From Basidiobolus meristosporus CBS 931.73 (lineage: Eukaryota; Fungi; Basidiobolomycota): DNA of 64,000 bases. Of this stretch, positions 31,488 to 45,784 are shown in pieces. The notes beneath the pieces were generated by a model, which saw nothing but the letters and a program-made list of their open reading frames with translations, was not told the origin of the DNA and searched no databases. A program made the position numbers and the translations under genes. Position 1 is the stretch's first letter, and each line of letters opens with the position of its first letter. The DNA lies in NCBI GenBank assembly GCA_002104905.1, contig MCFE01000230.1, positions 57,428-121,427 of the forward strand, read 5' to 3'.

Positions 31488-32583
31488 TCAGGCGGAGATT
31501 CTTCGCTTAGCAAGATCTCTCAAGGTTTTGCGTCCAGTGACCGCACCAATGACGCTGAGGATTAGTAAATACGAGAGAGTATCAAAGATATTCAAGTCGG
31601 TCCAGTAACGGTAGTAGAGGTATGCAATGGATCCCAACGTCCCTATGAAGCCCAGGGCGGGGACCATTTCTGAAGGGGCGTTGACGGGGAAGTGGGAGAG
31701 GTTCACCCCAAGGGAGCTCCACTGATGGTCGATGAGAATTGGTTAATATTTGATAGGGAGAACATGGTCCTAATGTGAATACGTACTGAGATGACTAGCC
31801 ACACCCATGGACTCAACACGATCAAAGCAAAGAGGGATGAAAGCCAGGTTGGTGGAAGATCCTCTGGCTTTCGGAAGATATGGTGGATCTCAGGTCGGGG
31901 GCCAAAGCCTAGCTGTGGTTGAGTGGTCTGGGGTTCCTGGGCTGCCTCGGTCTCGAATTGAATCGTGCCAACTCGGTAGTTGATGGCATCAGGGATAGAG
32001 AAGGCACCAAGTACGATGTCCAAATGGTATTCCCCGGCAAACTTCTGGGCAGTGGTTTTTTTCTCCTTGGTATCCTAATGTAAAGAAGGCTCAGTGAGAG
32101 AACCCTCAGACAACTCATGAAGCCATGCCCTTACCAAAAGCAACTTGTACTTTCCGGACTTGGTGGAATCCAGCTTACGAATCAACTGCTCTTGGGTTCC
32201 AACCTGAGTGAACACCGCGAAAGCCTGGTGGGCACGGAACGGCTTCTCCCCTTCGGAGGTTTTCTGTTTGAGGTTGAAGGAGACTCTTAGTCTTTCGTTC
32301 GGTTGTAAAGTGAGGGGGGCTGACAACGCGTCCGGGTAGTTTATGCTAGATGCGACCAGAGATCTTTAGAGCTGCGAAAAGGGAAGGTAGGCGGTCTTTC
32401 TTCTCAGACCAGGTCGAAGAATACTCACCTCTGAGAGAGACGTCGAACGTCAGCAGCCGAAATCGAAACGTCCACTTTGGAGAGAACAAAGCTGGGCTCA
32501 GGTTGTTGGCATTGGATGCCTCCGAAGAAGGAGAGGCACGCCAAACACAGTACGGAGATCTGTGTCAAAGTGAAGGCTCGCAT
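31488..32583 (-). CDS. SWP1: oligosaccharyltransferase subunit (ribophorin II)
   Basis: Signal peptide MRAFTLTQISVLCLACLSFFGGIQC, AHQAF, FGPRPEIHHIFRKPED, three C-terminal TMs and GRKTLRDLAKRR*. Confidence 0.88.
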
Positions 32584-32876
32584 GTTCTCTGAAATAAATA
32601 CCACACAGCCGTCTGTTGAGTGGATTCTTCCTCAGTTGCTGGCATTGAGGTTCAACCATAAGGTGGAGCCCGCACGTCACGTGATAGCAATCGTCCATAC
32701 ACAAGCACCCACGGAATCTCTAGATTTCAAGAATTCCAACGAATTACAAGCGATTGCGTAAAGAAATCAAAGTTTTATTCAGATTCAAATGGAGTCGGGT
32801 ATATGCAGCGGAGGAGAGATTATATGAAGCATAACCACTGATACAGTACGGGACAAAATGGCCTATTAGGCGGGGT

Positions 32877-34984
32877 TCAATCCAAGAAGATGCTGCCGTA
32901 GAAGATCGGGGACAGCTTCCGGATTTCCTCTGGAAGAGCGCATTGGGGTCAGTCGGCCATTGCAAGAGGAGTCAGTTGGTGGAGACACATACCTTCAACA
33001 TCATGCAAGGACATGGTTTTCTTGTGGATGATGACGTAGAATTCCCTCTCCTCGGAGTTTTTCCCAGCAACCCAGAAGCCTGACTCATGACGTACGATCA
33101 TCTCCGTTAAGGTTTTATTGCTATCCACGAGGATGGGTAAGTGAGTGTGAGGGCTTGACGTAGTAGCAGCGGAGGTGGCGTACGTACCTTAGCAAGTCTT
33201 CCCGAAGGTTGTTTAGACAATTCTTCATTTCGGCTGTGATCACGATGGGGTTGGTCGAGTCGGAGTTCGCCACGCTGGACCCATGGCTATCACTATCTTG
33301 TGTGCGAATGGCCAGGTTCAGTTTGTTGTAGTGGATGAAGTAGTACTGTTGCTTCTCCTCTTCTCTGTATGAACGTTAGCGTTGGTTCGCAGCAAAGATG
33401 GGGAACCCACTCACCTAATTTTGCAGTAGTTTGCCCAGTCTTCCTGGATTTTGTTGGATAGCTCCTGTGCGCCAGGTCGGAGCCATTCATCTAGTGAGTT
33501 CAAATACTGCAGATCCAGCTCCGTCCCTTCGTCGCAAGGGAAGAATAAACAGATTGTGCAGGATTTGTTGTACTGAAAAGCATCAGCCTCATTCGAAATA
33601 GACCAGTTGGAAAGTGGAGATTGCTTACATTGTAGATAGCAATCTGGTGCTCAGTTCCATCTTCGCCTAGTCTCAGCGTGGTCCAGTTCGACCGGCTCGT
33701 TCGGATTGTCAAGATCGACTGAGGGAGTGAGGAATTTCGAGTCTGCCGGTAAATGCTCTGATTCACTGGGAACAGGTGAGTTGGCTGCCGACGAATTTGC
33801 GCTCCATAATGACCCCAGCAATGCTGCACCCCGTTGGCGTAGGCTCGAAGTTGGTTTCTATCAACAGCTCGATGAGTACGGCAGCGTCGTGGTAGCAATG
33901 GGACATGCGTACAGTACCTTCTCCTTTCTGTTGGTTGACCGGATTACCTTCTTCAAATCCGATGTGTTGAAGAGGAACTCCCGCAGGTAATGGTAGACGG
34001 CCCTTATGTCGTCATCTCCAGGAAGACCAGTCCAAACGACTTGGCCATCCCACATGATGAATGCGTTGGAGATACTTCGGAAATTTGCCTGCAAGTCATC
34101 CACGAATGATCTTGCATGAAGAAATGTAGACTTGGACAAAGGGTGAAATACAATTCCTAGGGAGAGCGGGTGAGTGGAGTGAGTGTAAGGAATGCTGAAT
34201 GGCCGCTGTCGTATCTACCGTCGATGATGTTGAACAGGTCGAATTGGTTGAAATCCCACTGCCAAACCCGAGCGGAATAAAATTCCTCCAATTTCAAACG
34301 TAACGCTTTCACCGACTGTTTCGCAACGGTGGAAGCAAAGGTTCCATACAGCAGCTGCAGGAAATGACTTAGTTCCCATGTGTTCTGGATGCCGCTATTT
34401 GCCGCTATACCTTGTAAAGTTTGTATGACTGTTTGAGCACCTCGGAAATCATACGGTTATCTAGTGTGGTATCCTGATAATTAACAATGGTGGCTTCCTT
34501 GTTCTTCTTAGAGGGTCGGACCTTCTTTGCGAGTTCGATATTCTAGGGTCGTAGTTAGTTGGTTAGTCTACTGAGCTGTACAAATCCATCGGTCTGATAG
34601 CTACCAAAGTCATCCAATACCCAGGCTCTGGCTCGAAGAAGACCAACCGATTCTTCTGCGAGTGTACATTTTCGCAGGGCTGATCCGGAGAGAAAACCCT
34701 GGGGCAATCGAGAGAAACCGAACCGATTAGTTGAATTAGCCAACGGGCCCCATGGTTCGTAGAGAAGAAACCTTTTAAGATTCCGAGTCTTACTTTGTGA
34801 AATTCACTAAAGCCTGAGCCAACCCAACCTGTCGCATCTTCACGTCGATGGGGGTTGTCTGTCGAGCGGTGTAGTATAGCAACTGCTCGTGCTGGGTTTC
34901 CTCAGTGGGACCGAACTCGGCATTGAAAATGCAAAAATGAGACACTACATGGGGACTGCTACTAACGGGTAGCGGTGGCTCCAT
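32877..34984 (-). CDS. CCZ1: Mon1-Ccz1 GEF subunit
   Basis: FCIFNAEFGPTEETQHEQLLYY..MRQVGLAQALVNFT, IMWDGQVVWTGL..DDIRAVYHYL, FWVAGKNSEEREFYVII and EEIRKLSPIFYGSIFLD*. Confidence 0.9.
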
Positions 34985-35467
34985 CGCTTTGGTATTTAAT
35001 TTTCCTGCAAAGATAGCGCCAAATAACTTGGGAAGCTTTCCCTCTCTCTAGGCGCTAGTGAAATAGGGACCACTCACTCGATACTCCTAAGAGGGTGATT
35101 TCATATCCATCCCACTCACTCTACGATTTTTAGCCAATGATCGACCATTGCTTAGCAACGACCTGAAGCGTATGATATTTCGCTTTTATGCAAATAAAAT
35201 AAGGCTTTTATATAGAAATTCATTGGTGGGTTAGGGCGTTAGGGCTTGTAAATGTCTATGAAATGTTGGTTGGAGATTAATGGTGGGGGGCAGAGAATGA
35301 ATACGGTAAATAGGCCAAATATTGATTAGGGAGGGTGAGTGTGTGGGTAGGTGGATGGAATCACCTGAACGAGACGAAACGAAACGTAAAGAACAAATGA
35401 ATGCAAAATTCCGGATACTTTTAAGGTCGTGCTCATGAGGTACGTGGAAAGGGATGCTGGGTGGATT

Positions 35468-37566
35468 TTAGTCGGCAGTGGTTAGTGTCTCGTAGCAGGA
35501 ATCGCAAACCCTCACGGGGCTTTTGGATGACGGTAGGAGGATTCTGTGTGTGGAACATCGGGCGCAATAGAGTTTCCTAACATGTAACAAAACATCAGAT
35601 GTCTATGGAAGGGCTACAATCTCAATTTCCATGGGTGTTAACAAGCAATCAAGTGAGCATCAACACGAGCCTTACCCGTCACGCCGGCAGTGGTGTTTCC
35701 GAAGAAGAAGGCTAAATTGTTGGCCACATTGGTTGCATTTCGAGGCCAGATTGTTACTCTGCCAGGGTCGTTGTTGCTGGATGTCTTTGGCCATATGCTC
35801 CAATGAATTCAGCCGGACTTGCAACCGGCTCATCTCCTGGGCCATGAGGATCAATGTTTCGTCCTTCTCTGCATTGCCTTCTTCTAGTTGCTTCAGTTTG
35901 GAGAAAACACATAGATCTGGCTGGTTGATTTGCGTATGGAGTTTCTCTAGGTTACTAGAAGTGCTGGAGGCGGTATCCCGGAGCTGCTCGGCGATTTTCC
36001 TGAGATTCCAGTAGGACTGTTCGAAGTGGCGAATCTTCTCCGTTTTCTCTTGGATCTCTGCTTCTGCTTGGTTTAGTCTTTCAACCGAGGTCTCTCCATT
36101 GTCCGAATCCAATCCCCAGATAGACCGTACTGATCCCTGGAGGGTTTCAAGTAAGATGAGTGGCGTACCAGATCACGATAACCCATCGTTCACTTACGTG
36201 CTTCCGTGGTGGCGAAGGCTTTGGGAAAGTCAGGCCGGTCTTATTGAACTCTTTCTAAGATGAACAGGTGAGTGCCGATCACACACAACCCAATAGTGCG
36301 AATACAGGCATAGATTTACCATAGTTCGCTGTAGCTCGGCATTTTTGGCTTCGAGCTGTTGGCATTGGCGCTTGAGGGAGTTGACCTTCTTCATTAGCTC
36401 CTCGTTATCCCCGGCCAACTCGTTAGCAGCTTGCTCTTGGGCCGCACATTTGTCCTTGAGTAGTGTTAATGACGGGGTCTGCATTGACCGGTTGTTTAAG
36501 CTACCTCAAGATCTCGGCATGCGTCTTCCAAGCACTGGTTTCTTTCGATCACCTTCAAATACTCCCGGATGTCGACCGTTTCGCATACATCATTCTGCTG
36601 CACCGGTGGGATCGGGGAAGGAACAACTTGCTCCGAAGAGACAGATATCGGAGGAGAGCTAAGCAGATCTGGTGCAGCAGGCTCTTGGTACTCCATGCTA
36701 AGAAGAGCAAATGGGGTTACATTGAATCCCTTCGGGGGAAATCAGCGAAGCGCTTGCCTTTCTTTCTCTGAGATCTCCTCGATTTCATTGTTCAGCCAGC
36801 CTACAAAGTTGGCCACGGTATCCCCGTCCTCCGTCTCGTTCAGCTTGACTAAATTCTTGTCCTGCAATGAAAACGCGAAGCTGACATAATCTAAGGGAGC
36901 CAGGGTATCTGAAAATACATCGAATTCCGTGCTAGCAACCAGTGCATGGGGCTCATACCATTCTCTATATGCCATCAGACTCCGGTTAGCTTGTCTCTCC
37001 TCAACGATCTCCCGTCTCTCTTACCTAATCAATACTTGGTTGTCTAACAGCACAGCCAGGGCCGTGGATAAAGTCCTTTCTCGTAAGCTTAAGCGGATCC
37101 AGGCTCTGGCAGAGCCAAGGCCTTTTAATGACGTGATGGACTTTACTTTGTCCACCGTGCTCTTTAACGGACCCAGTCGACCGTGCTCGGCTTGCTCCAC
37201 GATAAAGTCCCAATAGCATCTAAAGGTTCCCCACACATTTCCTTTTAGTCTCAGGCCGTGGCGTAGCACCCGATCTATCAAAGAGCACAGACTTGACAGA
37301 AAGGGATCCTCTTGTGGTATAGCAGTACCAGTCTCCTCATATATCGAGCAGATAATTGTTACCAACACGTTGGCAAAAGAGACGACGTGCTTGCGTAAAG
37401 AGTTTTGCTCTTTCAGGAAATTCAGGAGGGTGGAAAACGTCACCGAGCTGACTCCGGGAAATAGGTTTTGTCTTTTGTAATTGTTACTTATCAGCTCACG
37501 GACCTCGGGCTCCGTAGTGCGGATGAGCCGCAATACTTCTTTGAATTGCTCCTCTGTGATTGCCAT
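35468..37566 (-). CDS. RUN and FYVE domain protein (RUFY-like)
   Basis: RUN motif LCSLIDRVLRHGL..ARAWIRLSLRE, coiled coils, FYVE WQSNNLASKCNQCGQQFSLLLRKHHCR and RVCDSCY. Confidence 0.9.
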
Positions 37567-38383
37567 ATCGTCAGGTTCTGTGGCGCGTCGATGTTATTAG
37601 GGGAAGGAAGGCCTCCAAAGATATAGAATTGAACACGCTGGATGGGGGCTGTCTCAGTACGGGTTAATGATGAAGGAATTGACTAGAAGCTATTCGGTAG
37701 GGTTTCTAGTGAGGAATATACTGCAGTCTATGAGTAAAATAAAACAGGAATCCAGGAGACGTGGCTTACTCTTTCTTACTTATTAAGATATTAGAAGAGT
37801 AGCATCCAAAAAGAGAAAGGCCAAGCCCTTTGTTGAGCAAAGGGAAAATAAGAAAGAGTAAAAGCAAAACCTCGTATCAACAACGAAACAACAGCTTTTA
37901 GCAAGAAGGGGTCAGAGTGGGGAGAGTGAAGGAGTAAATAAATATCGCGAGGATTCCGAATCAACTATGTTAGAGATGATCATAGGATAACTGACAAGGC
38001 CATACCCATCTTGATTTGATGTATATTTCAGGCAGGAAGTTTGACTGAACCGGAAAAAATAACCTTTCATTAGCAATTCCTAAACAAAGCAACCCTCCAC
38101 ATTATAATTAATATAGCATCGTATTGAATTGAAGCGGCGGGAGAGCCTTTGATTGCATTTTTCCCTGCTTCCAGTACAAAGACATGTATCATCATCCTTC
38201 ACATACAATATTGCGACAGTACTGCGATTTACCTGATCAATACTAACTACTTGATTAAATTTAACCGCCAAACCATCTGACGCTGATTACTGGATTGATG
38301 ACATAAGTACATAGTACGTTGTGTTGAAATCCTTCCATTGAGCATTGCCACATTATTTACTTCCTTAACGTTGGCTTTACAAG

Positions 38384-40113
38384 ATGTCTAATGTGGAGGA
38401 GGAAAGTCTAGCTAAAAGAAAGAGGACGAACAACACAATCGTGCAACAGGTCAACAACCTGGACTTGGACACCTATCTGGCCAATTACAAAGGTACAGCA
38501 CTATCACATTGCTGGTGATAGTGGTGAATTCCTCTAAGATTTGAGTAAAACACACTCCTGCTAAACAACGATATTTCTGCTTCCCTTTATTGAGGCCATG
38601 CTCGTTTCGAGAGGTTGCTATTCATAGCGGAGAGGTGTCCGCCATTACAAATCGAGGCCTACAAACAAACGTTGAAAGAAATCCAGGCCAATTCAAGTGA
38701 TACCAACAAGTACATGGAGACTTTGGCCAAGCTCAACGAGGCCTTAATTAGTAAAGGCGAGGAACCTGTCAGCCCGGATAATACTTGGACAGAGTCTACT
38801 AATAAGCGGAACAAGCTACATGCGGAGAAATTAGAAGCGGAGTTGAAAAATTACAAAAACAACCTCATAAAAGAGAGTATTCGGGTGAGCATTTCAAACT
38901 CTAAATATGGGCCAAGTTCAGGTGGAGGCTGATGCTTTGGTTATGCAGATGGGTCATAAGGATTTGGGAGATCATTACTATAACTGTGGAGATCTTGCCA
39001 CCGCACTCAAGTGCTACTCCCGTACGCGTGACTACTGCACCACCGCCAAGCATATTACCAATATGTGTATGAGTGTGATACAGGTAAAGTGCAACTCGAT
39101 TCATATGTCACTTTGGATTGTCTTGACCTAATGGCGTGAGCTTCAGGTGAGTATTGAGATGAAGAACTTCAACCATGTGCAGAGTTTTGTAAGTAAAGCC
39201 GAGGCAGCACCAGAGACGCAAGACAAAAGCTTGATTCAGGCCAAGCTTCACTGCAGCTCAGGGCTGGCCCACTTGGACTCAGGCCGGTACAAATTAGCAG
39301 CGAAGTCTTTTCTTGACACCTCATTTGAATTGGGTTCCAGCTATAACGAGGTAAGAGATGCGCCTATTTCAATAGCAGGGGAGTTGGACCCGCTAAACGT
39401 TCCATACAACCAGATCATTGCACCTAATGATGTGGCCGTCTATGGTGGCCTATGTGCATTGGCAACGTTTGATCGCACTGAGCTCAAAAGCAAAGTCATC
39501 AATAACACGGAGTTCAAGAAGTTCCTTGAGCTAGAACCACACATCCGGGAGCTCATCAACGGCTTCTACAGCTCGAAATACACGCTTTGCTTGGAGATAA
39601 TGGAGAAATGGAAGGTAAGCCTATTGTGAGGAGCGTATGAGGTTGGCCCGAGGCATAACGGAGTTTACGCTGCAGAACGACTTCTTGCTGGACATCTATC
39701 TTCACAATCATGTAGAGATACTGTATCAAATGATCAGAATGAAAGCGTTGGTCCAGTATTTCACGCCCTTCCAGTCCGTGGATCTGAACAAAATGGCCCA
39801 ATCATTCTCAACGACGGTGAATAGATTAGAGCAGGAAATCGCAACATTGATCATGAACAACAACATTCAAGCTCGGATAGACAGTCACAACAAGGTATTG
39901 CCGATGCGCGCGGGACTCAACCGATCTCTAATCGCATTGTATCCGTAGATTCTCTATGCCAAGCAAATAGATCAACGAAGCCATGTGTTCCAAAACTCCA
40001 TCACCATGGGTCAGAAGTACGAGAAGAACGCGCGCGCATTGCTCCTCCGAGTCAAGCTGTTGCAAGGCGAACTTGTCGTGAATGGCAAGGCGGAGCAACG
40101 CAAAGAGTATTGA
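38384..40113 (+). CDS. CSN1: COP9 signalosome subunit 1
   Basis: [56 protein letters not shown] and PCI end [14 protein letters not shown]. Confidence 0.93.
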
Positions 40114-40388
40114 AGTAGCTTGTTCCAACTCACGTGTCCAATTCGAGTGAAAACCACGATTTCATTAAAGAGTGGGGCGTTTAGCTTTATTCAATGCAGT
40201 ATCTTGCCCAAGTCTATATTAGGATAGATTGATCATCATATGCTCGATTGTTGGAAACATTCCAACCATTATATCGGCCAGCGCTCGGTCGAATGTGTAC
40301 CCGCGAAAGTGCACCCGCAGCCAGTACATCCTGGCATGAGTATACAGTTGAGATGGGGTAGCCACCAACAACTCCAAGATTGAGCATC

Positions 40389-42236
40389 CTATGTAGCGTC
40401 GGGCGATTGGGCCGGATCCGACAGGTATCTGTCCTCGGCATTGTTGCTGCGTTCACATGGAATACGTGCTTGTGGTTCGATCCCGGCGGACTGAAGTTGC
40501 TTCCGCAGAGCATGGATGTGGTCATCGCGCTCCTTGATCAGCATTTCTAGCCGAAGGATATGGTCGTAGGCTGAAGACCCACCATCAATAAACTGCCCGA
40601 AACGAGACGAGAGAGATCACTTACATTTCTTCAGCAAGTAGGCTTTGCTGGGGGCCTTTTCCTCGATCTCCGGGATGACGCTCTTGAGATTCTCAAAGCA
40701 TTGCTTCAACGAATCCCGGCGTTTTTGCTCGGCCGCTTTGTGGCTGGTTCGGCGTAACTCAATACCGGAGTGAACCTCGCTTTTGTACTTCAGCCCTAGC
40801 GAGCTGTTCAGTGGTCACGGTTACTCAGAGTCGGTGGAATACAATCATGAAGCTCCCCAGGTACTTACGCAGTGTTCCCTTCGAGGATATTCTGGTAATT
40901 CGATTTGGTGGCAAGTTTCATGGCGACATCGTTGGTTCCACCTAGAAGGGCAAGATGAATGCAGGTTCCATGGATTGGCCCTAAAGGTAACTTACCGCCA
41001 GGAAGTAGTGGTTTGAGGCCGGGGCTAACCAGAGGCTTAAGACCTGGGGATTTAAACGTATTGGATAGTGCAGGTGACGTGGGAATGGCTGTGATCGTTG
41101 GAGACATCATCAGGGAGGGCCCCAAAGACGGAGAGGTGAGGGGGAGGTGCAATGGTGACGGCAAGGGCGCCAGCATCGAAGATTTCTTGGGGGCTTTCTC
41201 ATCGCCAAGCTTCATTAGGGTTGCTGGGGTTATAGGCGAAACCACAGAGCCTGTTCAAGATCGTTTAGTATATGGCTTTCATAGACCTTCTATTATAATC
41301 GAGTGTTAGTTTACTTGTAGAATCAGATGGGACGGTGGTCGACGTGCTCAGTGATGATGGAGTACTGGAGAAGCGGCGCTCCGGATAAGGCCGTTTGCGT
41401 TGAGGGATTGCGCGTGAGATGGGTGCCTTTCCTTTGGCACTGGATTTTGAAGGGTTATGGGTGTCTTCTCTTACTATCAACAGAGATTTGGAACGCGGTT
41501 GGGATGGCTTGGCCATAGATTGCATAAGCGACCCGCCCAGGGTCAAATTTGGGATACTACCATGGGTGCGCGATTCCCTGGTCGAGCTTGGTCCCAGAGC
41601 AGGTGATGTGAGCGGAGTAAAGTCTTCTGCCCCTAGGGAGGCAGAGAAAGCATTTGAAAAAGGATGAGAAGGGGTCATAGCAGGAGACACTAACGGAGTG
41701 AATAATGCCTATAAAGGTGGGAAGGGTCAATACGTTATTCGAGAGGGGATGGCAAAGAACACACCTACATCCTCTCCGTCCAAACTTTGCTCAACGACGG
41801 ACCCAGAATGATCGAAAAACGCAAATGGCGACATAAAAGAACAGTCGACGTTCCCAGTCAACTGACCGGAATTACTGGGCGTCGGCAATTGCTGTGGTGT
41901 ATGGACATCCGGTTGAGTGGAGGATAAATGAGGGCTTGGTATATAATTTGTACCGAGGCAAGTGGAAAAAGCCATAGGTGTCTGCTGGAAATGTTGGTCC
42001 TGGTGGAATTCCTCATGGTCCAAATAATCATTACCCGAATGAGCGTCCGCACGCGTATACTGACACTGTTCAGCTAGACCTGGGGCATTCTGCTCATGCT
42101 GATTCAAATACTCGGTAGGCTTGTCAAATGGGATTTGAGACAGCAGATGCGCTTCAGTGTGGTCCAAGTCAAGCTCATTTATCAGATTGATATCAAATTC
42201 GGGGATATCGTACGGCACCTGAAGGGAGGGATCCAT
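40389..42236 (-). CDS. Pho4/NUC-1-like bHLH transcription factor
   Basis: LATKSNYQNILEG upstream of the basic region RRTSHKAAEQKRRDSLKQCFENL..PSKAYLLKK. S/P-rich middle exons. Start approximate. Confidence 0.8.
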
Positions 42237-42562
42237 GAAATTCAACTTCTCTAGCTGGTAAACGATGCGAGTAAAGTGGGCTAGTGTGGAGAGGAAAACC
42301 CAAATTGGTTAGATGTCACAAACTTTTCTTTCGCCATTGGTGTTTGGAGCGCAAGACCCGTTCAAATTCTTTATTGGCTCTTCGGTGGAAAATACTACTT
42401 TGTGATTGCACAGGATATCTGATTCAACTGATTCTGGAAAATAACCTTAATTCTGTGATTGGTAAAGGGGATTTATACTGGACTCAATTGTATAAAGTGG
42501 TACGAGTAGCTAGTCACTTGGGAATTCTATCATGGGGAACATGGATTGCTGGGTTCATACAT

Positions 42563-45485
42563 TCAATTTAACTGCTTTTCGCCGGGGTTGGTGGTATTGG
42601 TAGAGAAATTTAATAAGGAGGGCGCTGTCCATGCAGAGATGCTGATCTTTCCATTGGCATCGTTGATGGCGGAGCCTTCAGTCGTGGCTGGTTGACCGGT
42701 CTTCGCTAAGGAATAAGCCTCCTTGTCAGCAATTCCGAGGGTATCTTTGGGCAGCCAGACCACGGGCACGGGCTCCCGCAGAGCTGGATGTAGAAAGGCA
42801 GCATCCGGCCCATTATTGTATATCGGGGGGAGTCTCACTTTGTGCCTAGACATTTGGGTACCAAAGCTCATGGTAGAACGAGCTGAGCGCAAGAAAGTAT
42901 TATCCATTGGAACGCTGGCCTGGTGTTTCTCTTCGGGTTGCTTTTTGTCCAACTCCTGCATATTTATGAGGGAAGAGTCGGAGTTTACGGTGGCGGTGTT
43001 AACGTGGTTTTCCAGAAGTCCAACTAGTGCGGGGTTCTTTGCGATATTAACGGGCAAGTACTTGATCAGGGGGCCATAGCCGTGGGATCCGTACAGATTT
43101 GCGACAATGGTGATCCCAAGAAGAACGAGCTGCATGATAAATTGGGCGTAGGCATTCTTTGCTAGCACAACCCCCGCCATGGTCAGGTGGTAGATGTACA
43201 GCCCCACAAACATGTGGTAGATGGCTTTGGGGAGTAGCAAGCCTCCGGATTGGAAGTGGCTGCTGTCATAGACATATTGAAACTGATGGTGGTACACAAA
43301 GTAAGTGATCAAGAAGTACGCCGAGACAAAGATCAAAAAGATTGGCGAGATCGTGGCATAGACGATCCCTTTGGGCAGAGAGTTAGCGTGTATCTACAAC
43401 TACGAACACGTGATGCATGAACGTACCTAGAACAAACACGAAGGTATGCTGTGGGAAAAAGGTGCCCCACTCTATTTGAGGCATTGACTTGAGGTTAATG
43501 AGCTTTCGTGGAGTTTTAGGAAGCAAGGAGGTCAAGACAAAGCGCAGGACAAACGGGACAGCTTGTAGAAGCTCCTTGACTCCTCCTGAGATTCCGTTTA
43601 GCATCACATAGTTCATGTAAAAGGTGGAGGACACCGGGATGTTACTTCCCAAGAGCGGAAAGAGTTTACTGATATCTTTGATGATTCCCTCAATTTCGGT
43701 CAATGCACTGATCGCGAGCGTAGTAAACAGAAAAACATTGATAACCTTGAAGCAAGTAAATGAGTGCATGCCCTCAGGCCACAATGCTAACCGCAATCGC
43801 TTACCAAGAAAAAGAAGTACTTGTCCATCACCGCCACCTGGATATCGCTGTTACGGACTAGACCCTCAAAGCGAGAGAGAACTATTGCTGACATTAGTAT
43901 CGATGCATGGCTGCCAATGCCAGAAAACTTACGTGCTAATATGATGGGGAGCAGGGCCATTAATATGGCCATCCCGAGTGGAGGTAGGATTCCCTTGACG
44001 ACACCCAGTACTACCGGATTCCATTGTATGTTTTTGAGTGCAGGAATTGCTTGAGCAATCCTATCAAAACTAAACACTGCCGCCACAAAACTAACTACAA
44101 GGCAACACCGTCAGTATGATCCGTTTGACCGCGTACTACGAGTGCTCACCACGAGTGCTTACCAGGGAAAAACCATAAAACGACTAAGCTGGCACCGCAG
44201 GCCACTGCAATGGCTTTGCGGATGTATCTTTCAAGCGAGAACATGTTTAGGTTCTCCCAGATAACCTCATTCGGGTCTACCTCAAGATACCGGCCCTCCA
44301 TGACTAATGGTTTGTTGTGCGCCAAAGCCTGCACTGCCAGATGGGCGGCTATCTGGGAGTGGAAGGTAATAAACGCCGACGCTCTGCGCGGAAACACCGA
44401 TGGATCCTTCTGCTGCTCGAGGATCTTTTCGTTCATCTGAGCTAATTCTTGTTTGTAGTAGTCAATCGAATCCACTTTGGGTCCCCGGAATGGGACCCAA
44501 CCTAGGCGATGAGTAGGGCGCATCGGTGGCTTGGTTGGATCTTTCAGCGATGCCATGATGAAATTCGCCTCTGCCTGCTCGAGTTTCTCCACGATTTGCT
44601 GTCGCTTCACAACATCCGCTTGCAGTGTATTTGCATTTCTACGTTGTAGGGTGAGTATTAGCCATCTCTGGATTCTTGCCAAGACAAATAACCAACCTAT
44701 TGATGTAAGCATGTTTAACCCCATCCGGATATACGGAGAAGATTTCGGTTAGCTTCTCAACATTATTCAGTTCGTCGGGAACTCCCGTAAGTAAAATAGT
44801 GGTCGACATTGGATTATCCTGATGCTCGGAACTCATCAAATACCGCTGGCGTAGTTTCAGATACACTTTCATCTCTCTGTTCATGAAATATAGAACCAGC
44901 CCTACCATTTTTTTTACCAAAATAGGTGTTCAGCAGCAGGACTTTAGAAGCAGCACGTAAACAAAACTCACCAGTGAATAGATAATCAAGAATGACATGA
45001 GCCCAAAGTTTGGATGTAGTTTTGACATTTCCAATGTTTAGGCGATTGAGACCCGTCAACCCCTGTTGGCCAGTAATGTTGATGGGCAGCAGAATTACTA
45101 GCGAGATCACTGTTATACTGAAGAACAGGTAAAAGCACATGCGCAAAAAGCGTAAGAAGACATATGCGTCCATGCCAACCCGGGACAAAAGCACTTTGTC
45201 GGGGGTATGATATACCTCGAGCAACCACGAGAAGGGATTGGGAGATAATTTCGGTGGTCGCTTCCTTCGGTAACATTAGCACTGGAAGGTGTTGACTATG
45301 AGATTTAAGGTAGCTTACTCGTCGTCCACCATATATGTTCGTGGTTGATAGATACTCTTGTCCAAAAGTCGAACACCGGCATATGCTACGTATATTGCGC
45401 CAGCTATCACCATATTAAACAGAAATGAAGAGATGAACGACTCGGTAGAGCCATTCTTTTCCTCGTCTGCATTACCACTATCCAT
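42563..45485 (-). CDS. CSC1/OSCA/TMEM63 calcium-permeable channel (Rsn1/Phm7-like)
   Basis: IYQPRT, GMDAYVFLRFLRM, LILLPINITG, LWAHVI, SAFITF, P.EVIWENL, DKYF.F..INVFL, FYMNYVML and YVY..GGLLLPKAIYHMFVGLY. Confidence 0.92.
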
Positions 45486-45784
45486 TGTGCAATGTAGCCA
45501 GATGGCAGTTGCTCTGGTTTTATGTGATTTCACCCTCCTTAACCTTTACACCTTTACACCATTAAACATTACTTTACCCTCTACAAATCCGATATGGTTA
45601 GTCCATGGGGCAGCGTGATATTAACGATTGGCTGAAGAGACTAATTTAGTATCACTCCCAAGGTTTCCATTGAGACCAGAGATTTGCGTAGAATTCTCTT
45701 GTGCTAGATTACATGCATATGGTCACCAAATAGATAAGACTTCCCGGTTTAGATGGGGTGAGCGAAATATATTTGTTTATTCAA

